From Tubiluchus corallicola (taxonomy: Eukaryota > Animalia > Priapulida), in contig JAQGDQ010000374.1 in assembly GCA_030141605.1 (NCBI GenBank), positions 1 to 59,043 of the forward strand: a stretch of DNA of 59,043 nt, read 5' to 3'. Numbering within the stretch: the stretch's first letter is position 1; each line of letters begins with the position of its first letter. The notes under the pieces were generated by a model that saw only the letters and a list, made by a program, of their open reading frames with translations, was not told where the DNA came from and made no database searches. Both the position numbers and the translations under genes were made by a program. Shown in pieces: positions 47,646 to 59,043 of the stretch.

Positions 47646-50600
47646 TATTATACATATGTGTTTATACTGGAATACTGGCTGACTTAATTGACTTGAAAAT
47701 TAAAATGCGTAATTTGGATTTAGTACTTCTGTTTGTACCAATACAAATAATTATGTTGATATTATTGATAATTGTGCCATATTAATATCGATAGTTATTG
47801 GTATCATATGTCTGTCTAAGATTAGATGAAAAGGTTGTTATTGAGGTTATGTAACACTCGTGTCATGACATAGCTACACGATCTCCAAGATATTTAAGTC
47901 TGTTGTGGAAAAGGATTAAAATTGTCCAAGGACATTGTTATTTCTTTAGTCATAATTCTACGGAATAGGATTCACTGAATTTTAATACTTGTTAAATTAA
48001 ATTGCAAGAATATTCGAATACTACATTACTGTTTTACTCTGTGAGACAGCGTTAACCCGCGTATCTCGTTCTGTGCTAATTAAGAATATTGAATGTAGAA
48101 ATATTTTAAGCGATCAGCACTTATTTAAATATGAGTCGCCCCCTCTTCTGAGGCAAGTGAAGAACACATTGAAATTTGTATTGGCCAGATTAATTGCGTT
48201 CTACTCGATTATTTGTTTATTTATTTAAAATTCCAGATTTTCATTTATTTAGCGATATTTTTCTGCTTAAAGTTACTGTATTTTAATTACGGTTCATATT
48301 TACCATACATGGTCTTTGTAGTGCTAGTTCACTTACATTTACTGTATTAATGTATTATTTCTTATTTTGAATTGCACTATGTACACTTAAATTTGTTTAT
48401 TCAACTAAAAATACCTGTATATATTGTAATTACTGCCCTGTTTAACCATTAAACAGTAAACTTGTTTAGATATATTTTTTGTATTTATAACAATAATTAA
48501 TTGTACAATGTAATTTCATCATGTCACTCAGATCTGTTTGGCAGTGCAGTTTGAAGCGATGGAGAAAAACACAATGAACAGGTCCGTATGTAAATTAGTT
48601 TTGAATAACTGAGGATGAAGATAAAAATTGTACATTACTTGAAGTAAGGATTATGTACGTGATTATGTATGTATACACTAACATGCGTGGAAGACTGGCA
48701 GCCCCTCGGACAATCAGTAGTACTTGTGAAAGTCATTTTTGAAGTTGTTGTTCAGTCACTTTGTTATGATTGAGTTTAGACACAAAGAAGTAGAGAGAGG
48801 AACCAAAAAATCTATAATAAATATTTGCACTGCACACAACAGAAAAGTATTTATTAAACTACAGAAAACATGAGTAACAAAACTGCTGCACTGAACATTG
48901 AGCAAAAACTAGAAAGCAAAAACAATCAGTAAAACCTGTTTCACAGCCAGGTATACAGCAATAGAACTTGACCTATGCAGACTTGCACAGGCTTCACAAC
49001 AACCATTAATTTTAGATAGGGAGAGGACCAGTGTGTATGTATTCACTGGACCATGCATTTATACTGAAGGTAAGTCAGCTGGTAGAATGTAACAAGATTA
49101 GCACATAGATGGCAGCACCCAATTACAATGTACAATTCCAACTTCCACAGTACTACAGCCACTACTGCCGTCTAGAGACGGACATGGGGAGCATATTAAT
49201 TGTTAAGAAATAGTTTCAAATTTTGGGCAGTCAAATGAGATGACATTAAGAGAGTAGCTGACCTTTCCTGGATGTTACAAAGTTAGATTACTTTATTAAA
49301 ATACAAAGATAAATCTTATGTGTAATATAACTAACACACATATATAATACATATATATATATATATATATAATACAGGGAAAATAACTTGAAGGAAACTG
49401 TTCTGATTAATTTTGTAAATCTCGTTTTTTCTTCCATCCTGACTGAAGACATCTACTTTTAATTTTTATCATTCTTTTACTTTGCATTATCTTTGAATTT
49501 TTAATTGGCATTGCCCGGCACGTCAGTGGTATTTGTCAATTTTAGCACGTCCTAGACTTTAATGTAATTTTTTATATTTTGCCTTGTGCATAGCATTTTA
49601 TATGCTCAAACCAAAGGAGAGGGGGTGCAGCTGGTACATTGCTCCAGGCCCCGTGAGGTTCCGGGCGGGGGGAATGAAGTCCCGGGGCTCATATTAAATT
49701 TTGTTCGTCGGCATGACTAGTGTTTTTGTCGGTTCGAATCAGCCCTACTCTGGCTATGCAACGGTAAAGTTAGAAAGCCTAGATTTTGCATAGTTGGACA
49801 ATATTTTTATCGAATTCACCTACATTTAACATTACTTTATATGGACTGTATTTCTACTAGTACTGTAAAACGTGTCAAGCTTTAACTTAGCCTATGCCTG
49901 TTAGGTCTAATATAATAAAATTATGGTGAAATAAACATAAATGTGAAGTCTATAGCGCGCGCAACTGCAAGTTACGCACCAGAGACATTGCTACTTGAAT
50001 CGTGAAAGCAGATTCCGTGCGTGAACTTTGGAAACGATAATTATCTAGTTTTACACGCTACGCTGTTTTACGCTACGTTACTTTATTCTCGGTATACATG
50101 TATATCTCAGTTTCTAAATCGTTAAATTGGAATAATAGCCCTACATTGGACATAAAATTAAAGATTACCAGTGAATTCCACTGAGAAACGTGAAATCAAA
50201 ATTCAGCTTCGGTCGCGGTAAGATTGAAGTGTAGGCCTTGATTCAATTCAATTTCCATTCAGTTCAGTTTTATTTGCACAAATTCATACAATGTACATTG
50301 GCAAAACAATACAACAGGCTGTGTGTAAAGTTATTTTCATATACACATTTTTAACGAAAAGACGAAAGGCAAAGACGAAATTTATTTACCGTCGTTCATT
50401 GAACTAGGTTTTGTACTGTGACACTGCATTTTCCCTTCTGGGTCTTCAAAAATTCGTACAAATGTAGGCGACGTTAAGTCTCGCAGAATTTTCAAGAAAT
50501 CAGAATTAAATTACTTTTTGATTACTGACATTAAAGCATAATGATATTCAGCGGTACATGTCTACGAGTTTACTTTAGTGCAAAAAGCTTAACATTAGCT

Positions 50601-51222
50601 AATCGATTGTTAAGAACTGACAAACATGTACATGTAGTTCATGCTACTAGTTTGTCGGTTTTAACAATGTTAAATTACTGCCTTATTTCAACTTTATCCG
50701 AAACAATATGTAAGATTATCGTATGCCTAATTGGTTCTCTCCACGCCACATTGTTGTATAAAATATGTTGTATAGAGTATAAAATTCTTATTCAGTTACA
50801 TTTTTAGGAACCTTTTGATGAGATGTATTCGATCTTGTTTTTATAGATTTTATTTTTGTGCGTCATTTTATGTTTTATAGGATCAGCGTAAGTGCGCCTG
50901 CGCCTGCTGATTCCTTCTTTTATTCTATTTTAATAAGTATGTAAAAGTCAATAAAAACAAAAGTCTCAAGTCTCGCATGTAACCCATATTTTATACGAAA
51001 AGGGTGTTCCAAAAGAAACAGTGTTTCAGCAAATGCTATGTATATCAATATTATATCATACAGAATCTAGCAAATGTTGTCATACCAATGCCATTCTAAA
51101 TCATCCATGTTTAATTTAGCCCGTGCAATCGGCTATATAGAATGACTTTTTCACCACATATTGAAAGAAGATTAATATATTATATTTATTAAATAACAGT
51201 CACCTACAACATTGCACAGTGA

Positions 51223-51402
51223 AGTGGCGTTTACCTAGCATCCGGATGCGGATGCGTTTTGGCGGGGTGCGCAATAGATGCGATCAGTTTATATTGTTTT
51301 CATTGCACCCGTTTATGCAGCTACGTATACGTTATTCACTTTTTGCAGCTATTTCTTATAGACTGTTTTCCGCAAACGAATCCGGAACTACATAACGCCA
51401 CT
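51223..51402. mobile_element. Harbinger/PIF-like MITE
   Basis: Imperfect TIR agtggcgtttacctagcatccgga / tccggaactacataacgccact; 3-bp flanks tga/taa. Confidence 0.55.
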
Positions 51403-51682
51403 TAAAACAACAAGCAATTTCATATTCTTAAAAGTGACAAGTCTAGTTCATTTGACTTACGCAGAGGTACCTTGGACTTGGTCTCCTGCAAGAGAGCATA
51501 AGGCATGTATTAGACTATGAGCAAAGGGTAGTGTCATTTGATGGAAGGCAGGCAGTGACCTGTTCGAGGAGTTAGTTCCTTGCTGTCATCCATGGCACAC
51601 AGTGGTAGGCACAACCTTCGTATTGATCATGTCCATGAAATCTTGCTGCTTACTTTTACTTAAGTATACGTATATTTTTATA

Positions 51683-52748
51683 TATGTTGATGTTCGTCCT
51701 TCCAATCGAAGATGACCATAGTGACAAGGATAAAGGGTCAGTTTGGGGGGTTGTCATTCCTTTGATGAACTCGAAGGTGATTGACTAGGCCAATTCTGGC
51801 CTGGAAACTTATTTGGCATTTGGCACAGGTGAGGCTGGGTGTTTAGACCTGTTGTTGGGCAATGTCACATGCCTTGCATCTCCTGCGCTTCTCCTCTGCC
51901 TCCTCAATTCTTTTCGCCTCTGCTGTCTTAGCCCATGTGGTGATGGCACTCCGCCATGTTGAGCGATCTTGTGCAGGGGTTTCCATTGAGCGGATATCCA
52001 TGCTGAGCTCCTTGAGTGAGGCCTTCAGGCCGTCTTTGAAGCGTTTCTTTGGTCGTCCAACCTTTCTCTTTCCAGACACAGGTTCTCCATAGAGCATCTT
52101 CTTTGGCATCCAGTTGTCTGGCATGCAAATCACATGTCCTGCCCACCGAACTTAACTTTTGAGGAGGAGTGTATGGATGCTGGGGAGGTCAGCTCTTTTA
52201 AGTACCTCTGTGTCTGGCACCTTGTCCTGTCACTTGATGTACAGGATTTTCCTCAGACAGCCCATGTGAAAGTGGTTAAGCTGTTTTACGTGTCTGCTAT
52301 ATAATGTCCAGGATTCACTGGCATTGAGGAGAGTGGTGATGACGACATCTCTATACACCTTCAATTTTGTGGTGGTTCTGATGCCTCTCCTGTCCCATAC
52401 GTTGGAGCGGAGTCTTCTAAATGAAGCGCTAGCCTTGGCAATTCTGTTGTTGATTTCTGTATCGATGTTGGCTGTGGTAAGGGTGCTCCCCAGGTATGTG
52501 AAGTTGTCAACAGAGGTAAGTTCTTGACCATTCACTAAGATCTTTGGCTGAATCTGTGGGGCATCTGGGGCTGGTTGGTACATAACTTTAGTTTTCTTTG
52601 TAGAGATTGTTAGGCCGTAGTTCTTGCAGGCTGATGCGAAGTGGTCCACCTCTCTTTGCATTTGTTCTTGGGAGGTGGCACTGAGAGTGCAGTCATCAGC
52701 AAAGAGAAAGTCTTTGACTGTGGTTACACGGGTCTTGGTGGTAGCTTG
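51683..52748 (-). mobile_element. 5'-truncated RTE-clade LINE, degenerate
   Basis: Minus strand reads DFLFADDCTL...TISTKKTKVMYQP...FTYLGSTL...EINNRIAKASASF...MPKKMLYGE...GRPKKRFKD, then a terminal finger CAKC..FQARIGLVNHLRVH; short 3' UTR; internal stops. Confidence 0.92.
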
Positions 52749-54391
52749 TGTATATTTGTTTTTGCGCCTAATAAATAATAAATAAATAAAATAAATAAAT
52801 TACTTCGTTTTAATAGAGATAACTGTGGTCCACATGGGATCAGGGAGGGGTCACACACTGGACTTGGTTTTCCTCAGGAGGAGTGAATATGATCTCGTTT
52901 GCTTTGCAGTCACGTGTATGAAGCTGAGCTATCGTAAACAAAAGGCTGGTGACTTATATCCTTTTAATACTAACGGCAGCTGTTTATGAATTCAGCTTGG
53001 AAACCTGAAACAGTTTAAGTACGTTTGATGTTTGCATTCACCGACACTAAACGATCCAATTGAGACCGAAGACGACACATTTTAGTCGTTTTACTCTGTT
53101 AATTCTTCCGCTTAAACAAATTAGTTAATCTATTTGACAGAAGTTGAGCCAGAAGTGATTTTAAGCTTTCACACGTTCATGTGTATTTAAATGGCTTCTT
53201 TGAATGTATTATTCCATTTAGTCATCTACTTCCCATTTCTGGCAGTGGTTGGCTTCCTTTAGCACTTTCTTCACATTCGCCATTACCACAGTAAAAGTTA
53301 GAACTGAGATCGTTTTGCTGCGACAAAATGGCGCAATATTCGCCAACATTTACTTCGAAGCCTTAACAGTGAAATAAGTAATCTAGCAGTAAGTAGTAGT
53401 AAAATCTTTATTTGCCATTTTAAAAACATTGACCGTCATAATAAAAGAGAGACAATCAGTGTTAGTTCATATAAAAAACATACACTGTTCTGGGCAAATA
53501 CGTCTGGTGCAAGCTAAGCTATAAGTGCAACTAGAAATTCAAAAATAAAATATAAACTAGTTTAGTAAGGTCTAAGAAAAATGAAATTATGATTTGAGTA
53601 AGTATCATCGTGTTCGTATGTCGGATATTCAAAACGAGTCATTAAATCTCAAGCAAGCTACTAAAACTAAAACCAGTTACTATACCAAACACATAAACTG
53701 AAACATAGCATGTGTAGTTATAAATAACCAAGTTGGCGTACATTAGTTTTTCTAGTGCCAAATGGATGCTTTTATTTTTCCATTTGCAGTGAACGAGGAA
53801 GCATAATGTTGGTGTGTAATTAATTTTTTCGCTTTGATGTATTAGACCGTTTTGTATATATTTTTTGTGTATATCTCTATCAACCTTGGCCCATTTTCAA
53901 CAGAAAACAGTTCCCCGTTGACATTTCTAATGAGATCCTGTTTACAAGACGTCAGCTAATTGCTCTACCTAGTTCTGCACAGCGTCTAAGAACGCAGTTC
54001 CGTCGTAAACAAGAAAATAAGAGCCGTGGAGCCATTGGGAAATAATTGTAGCGCTTTGTGGTTTAACTTGCGTGGAAGTGCTCATCACTTTGTCAACAGT
54101 TGTGCAATTATTGACTCTCTTGACAGGCGCGTCGGAACATCCTTGATCTGTTCCTACACATTATAGAGTTTACATACAAAATGGATTCGAGGAAAAGGAT
54201 TTTCTGGGCTAACTGTTGCTCCCACACACTCATCCCGGACACAGCCTTGTACGAAGTGGATTCGATTATTAAATCTGTGCCAAATGTTATTGGCATATTT
54301 ATGCCCCTGTGACTCTGAATTGCCACGAAGATCTGCATAAATGCATGCATTATCAACACGAACTTCCCGGGTTCTTGCCCGTTGAGTAATC

Positions 54392-54875
54392 AAACAGACA
54401 GATAGACAAACAGACAGACAGATTGATAGATAAACAAACGGATGGATGAAAAAACTGGCTGATGGCAAGATATTTTGATATGGAGGTAAACAAATAAGTA
54501 AATAGGTAGGTAGATAGGTAGGCAGGAAGGCAGGTACGCAAGTACGTAGGCAGTCAAACTTGCAGGCAGGTAATTGTGTAGGCAGTCAAACGTGCAGGCA
54601 GGTAAGTGGGTAGGCAGCTAGGTAGGCAGGTAGCTAGGTAGATAGGTAGGTAGGCAGGCAGGCAGGCAGGCAGGTAGGTAGGTAGGTTTAGGTAGGTAGG
54701 TAAGTAGGTAGGTAAGTAGGTAAATAGATAGAAAGATAGGCAACTAGGTAAGTAGGTAGGTAGCCAGGTAGATAAGTAGGTAGCTAGGTGGCAGGTAAGT
54801 ACTTATGAAGGTAAGTACGTATGATGGTAGATACCTAGGCAAGTAGGTAGGCAGGCGGGCAGGTAGGTAGTAAGT
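54392..54875. repeat. Compound tetranucleotide repeat (GACA/GATA/GGTA/GGCA)n
   Basis: Directly visible. Confidence 0.9.
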
Positions 54876-55767
54876 AATTAGTTAAGAAGGCATGCTGACA
54901 AATAGGAAGAGAAGCAGGTAAATAGGCAGGTCGGATAGACAGGCAGACAAACCCAGTTAATTTGTTGGAGGAAACTAGAATTCAGAATTTTTTTTGGAAT
55001 TATATTTTCAGTCACTACACAATAACAATGTACTTTGAAATATGTAAGAAAACGTAAAAGTAAAAGTATGCTGTAAAGAAGTAAAAGGAATACTATAAAA
55101 TACAATTTCAAACGTTAAGATTCATAAATATCAAGATACGTGACTTACATAGATGCTTTAAATACGGTGTATATGATAAAATTCAAAGTACATTTAAAAT
55201 TCTTTTAGGAACTGATTTAAAATATCCGTATTGGCAAATAATGTGTAACTTAAACTACTAATTTCAACCAAAATCGTGCACTTAAAAATTCTAAATTTTC
55301 ATTAATTTCGTTTTTACGGAAATTGTCTAAATAGCTATTAGCGCGATGTGCGGTACGTGCTCTGCAAGCAGATATGGTTCGATTTACTAAATGGTATGTG
55401 CGGCAATTTAACAAAGTTTGAAAAATCTGTGAATTGCAACTTTTCCAGTGACCCTTCGTCTCAGTTTACATCATTTTTGCAACAGCTTTGAACACCTACA
55501 TTTATAGTAAATTTCGTTTGCATATGTATGCAAAATTGTATGAGAAAAAATGGAGTAAGTAATGTATATAAACAAAAAAAGAGTAATTAAGTTACTAATG
55601 AAGCAAAAAATTATTTCCTTGTAACAGCAATCGCTCACACCTTGTGCTATACTGATCGCCCGAATACATACTTTCTCTGTTAGATTTTATCTAACATCTA
55701 ACATTTATCTTACGTCTCGCAAATGTACATGTATATTTTCCACTTGTTCACTTGTTTATGAGACTTG

Positions 55768-55887
55768 ATTATTATTACTATTACTATTACTATTACTATT
55801 ACTATTACTATTACTATTACTATTACTATTACTATTACTATTACTATTACTATTACTATTACTATTACTATTACTATTACTATTACT

Positions 55888-55935
<48 letters not shown>

Positions 55936-55949
55936 GCTGTTGTTGTTGT

Positions 55950-56019
<70 letters not shown>

Positions 56020-56174
56020 ACTGTTACTGTTACTGTTACTGTTACTATTACTATTACTATTACTATTACTATTACTATTACTATTACTATTACTATTACT
56101 ATTACTATTACTATTACTATTACTATTACTATTACTATTATTAATATTATTATTATTATTATTACTATTATTAC

Positions 56175-56264
<90 letters not shown>

Positions 56265-56265
56265 G
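55768..56265. repeat. Compound tri/hexanucleotide microsatellite
   Basis: (TTACTA)n-(TTG)n-(TTGCTG)n-(TTACTG)n-(TTACTA)n-(TTA)n. Confidence 0.95.
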
Positions 56266-56399
56266 AATCGATTTTAGCTGTCATTTATACGCACCTAAAC
56301 ACCATTCAGACCAATCCTGTCATAAGTATCAACATTAATAGAAGGCTATTCCACTGAATACTGGATTCCGGTTCGTAACTTACTGGTACAAAACATCTT

Positions 56400-56592
56400 C
56401 ATCGTTTTCATCATCATCATCATCATCGTCGTCGTCGTATCGTCGTCATCATTATCATCATCATTTTCATCGTCGTCATCATCATTATCATCATCATTTT
56501 CATCGTCATCATCATCATCATCATCGTCGTCGTCATCATCATCATCATCATCATCGTCGTCGTCGTCATCATCATCATCATTATTATTATTA
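56400..56592. repeat. (CAT/CGT)n microsatellite
   Basis: Directly visible. Confidence 0.9.
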
Positions 56593-56955
56593 CGCCTCTG
56601 TTTACTTTTATTTGTTTACTTTAAATAGTTCCCTAGCGTAAGTTATTTAGTTTGTTATTTAGCTTTTAGTTTGTTCTTGCGCTTGTATGTTTGTTCGTTT
56701 GTTCAACCAAAGTTGTATGCCTACTTGTTTCTATCATTCTTGTGTAATAACTTTTCTGATTGTATTACTAAATTAAGTATGATCGTAACTACAAAGTTTT
56801 GCTGACAATAAACTGTCATAAAATCAGAAATTTGTTTGAATTTTCATCTTTCTTCTTGTTATACACGCTTGATTAAGTTTTTAATCGAGCTTGTAATGGA
56901 CGAGACAGATTCAGCGAGGAATAAGTCTGGCTTCTTTAGAGTTCTACAACCTTCT

Positions 56956-57087
56956 TGCGCATGCGCCGTGCAGCGCCGTGTGGGGCTCTTTTGAAGCTGG
57001 AGTAACACCGTGTCTGTTAACACGTTGTAAAGGCTTCGGCAGATTTAATTTGTGGATATCACAAGCTTTACGAACTTTCCGGTGAGT
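56956..57087 (+). promoter_or_regulatory. Probable housekeeping-type promoter and non-coding first exon of a downstream gene
   Basis: NRF1-type palindrome TGCGCATGCGC at 56956-56966 in a GC-richer patch; strong donor CCG|gtgagt at 57082. Confidence 0.55.
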
Positions 57088-58529
57088 TTCACTATAATTA
57101 CTTCTCTAATTTGCTTTAAAGTTGGTAAAAACTGTCTGCTGCACACTGCATTCACTCTAAACAGATATTTCTACAGTCAAATTATACAGTTAACAATTTT
57201 AAAGTGAGCTGTAGCAGTTTACGATTTTGCTTTTTAATTGTAATTTCATTAGTTAATCTCATTGAAATCGGTTTTGTACAAGCGCGCACACACATGTATG
57301 TAGTGCCTTTCTATGTCAACTAACTAGTCTATTTGAGCTCGACTTTAGCTGTTAGCGTTGCATAATTTCATGCAGTCACATAAGCACATCCTGAGGAACT
57401 GAAGGAATACAGGCATAACAGGTTAAAAGAGATTATAAGTGCTTTTTCACTTGAACTTTTAAAACTCAATAAAGTGATTTGGTAATTCTGTGGGCAGACT
57501 TTGGCTAGAGAAGTTTAATATATAAATTTCATTTCACCTGCCAGAAATGCTAATTATAGTTGATTAATCAAAGCGCCCTGGTATCTTTAACATTACTGTA
57601 CTGATTGTGTACGCTTACGGTGGAAGCAAAGTTATTCGTTTTTCGTTTAGAAGATGATTTATGTTTAGCCATTAAATGTTGGTCTTTTTTGCAATTTCTT
57701 ATTTTTGGCATTGAGCCATTGAGCGTAATTATACATTTTGTTTTTGCAGAAACCGTGGTTTAGTGAAACAGAATAGATTTCTAAATATTTCCAAATAATT
57801 TATTAATCTTTTTAATAAATTTGAAAGTCACTAAAAGAGTAAAATTTGTATATTTTTATACTGACAATTGTACTTCTAGTTTGTTATCATTTTGACTATA
57901 GCCCCTTAGTAAAATTCATGATATCTATGCAAAAGATTTTTGTAATACATGTATTAAAAATATCTATAATATATTAACTATTAACCTGATACACGCCTGC
58001 TTTATCATATAATTTCATACATTGCATATTTATTATAGCATAATTTCATATATCTTATCATATCATTTGTTTTCTTATAATTTACATTTGGCAGAATGAA
58101 TATTGAATGCATATTGAATTCACTTAAATGTAGTCGCCACGTTTTTCTCCACTATTCTAACCAAAGCTATAGAGTTAGTAATGGATCGCTAATGGGCTTT
58201 TGAGTAATCTTTGGCCATAGCGACTACAGCTATGTCGCCATGGTTTCCTTTTTCAAATGTCGACTTCTATCGACGCAAATCCGAATCACTAGGATGTTTC
58301 TTTCAGCGAAACTTGTGATCATCTGTGAATATTTTGCTCGGCTGTTTAGAGAACGAAACTTGCAGAAGATACAGAATTACTAACGGACGATTTTTATCTA
58401 TGACGTCTTTCCATCTTTACCATCCATCGTCATCATTACTATTAATGATGATGATTGTATTTCAATCAATGATATCATTTCAATTTTTATCATTCGTAAA
58501 GCATCTATGGAGACCAGGTTATTCTTTTG

Positions 58530-58973
58530 ACACCACTATCGTCGACATCTTTAACACCACTGCCGCCGCTGCCACCAACATCACCAACACCACCGCCACT
58601 AAGACCACCACCACCACCAACACCACCCCCACCACTAACACCACCACCAACACCAACACCACCCCCACCACTAACACCACCACCACCACCACCACCACCA
58701 CGACCACCACCACCACCACCACCACCACCACCACTGTAATCGTCATCATCATCATCACTATTATCATCAGTGTTATCATGTCAATTTTTATCATTCATAA
58801 AGTAGTAAAAATTCGAGGTAAACAAAACATTTTAAACCGTCCATGACATCACTTTCTTTATCATTATCAGCAGCATCAATGACATCATCATTGTTACCAC
58901 CATCATCGTGGTTGTCATATTCGTCGTGATCACGATCATGATCATGTTCATCGCCGTCATCATCATGTCATCA

Positions 58974-59043
<70 letters not shown>
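58530..59043. repeat. (CAC)n, (CAT)n and (CGT)n microsatellites
   Basis: Directly visible; they explain the poly-T, poly-P and poly-V ORFs. Confidence 0.92.

Noticed and set aside
49725-49750. B-box-like ggttcgaatc suggesting a tRNA
   Set aside because: No cloverleaf or A-box at the right spacing
53985-54390. GC-richer unique segment with ORFs 54108-54359 and 54154-54468
   Set aside because: No recognisable protein or ncRNA; the longer ORF starts inside a microsatellite
55752-58846. Homopolymeric ORFs (poly-Y/C, IT, L, T, P, V)
   Set aside because: Translations of microsatellites

Overview
AT-rich eukaryotic (invertebrate-like animal) genomic DNA, not prokaryotic. From left to right: (1) a candidate two-exon 55-aa microprotein gene (+, 369-676); (2) a complete five-exon UFC1 gene (-, 3101-8460) that the ORF track misses, with transposon-filled introns; (3) an intronless class A GPCR (11324-12241) and its tandem-duplicated pseudogene; (4) a 5'-truncated CR1/L2-type LINE; (5) a same-strand cluster of four single-coding-exon zinc-finger genes plus one fragment (22.5-46.6 kb). 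All four share an unusual Cys-rich N-terminal zinc-finger module, carry spaced C2H2+C2HC finger doublets and are each preceded by a splice acceptor. The cluster is interrupted by (6) a very young full-length Ty3/Gypsy element with identical 195-bp LTRs and one nonsense codon in RT. The rest is hAT, Tc1/pogo, Kolobok-like and Harbinger-like MITEs, an RTE LINE fragment, compound microsatellites and a probable first exon of a downstream gene. The strongest candidate for an undescribed system is the zinc-finger cluster. All calls were made by eye without database searches.
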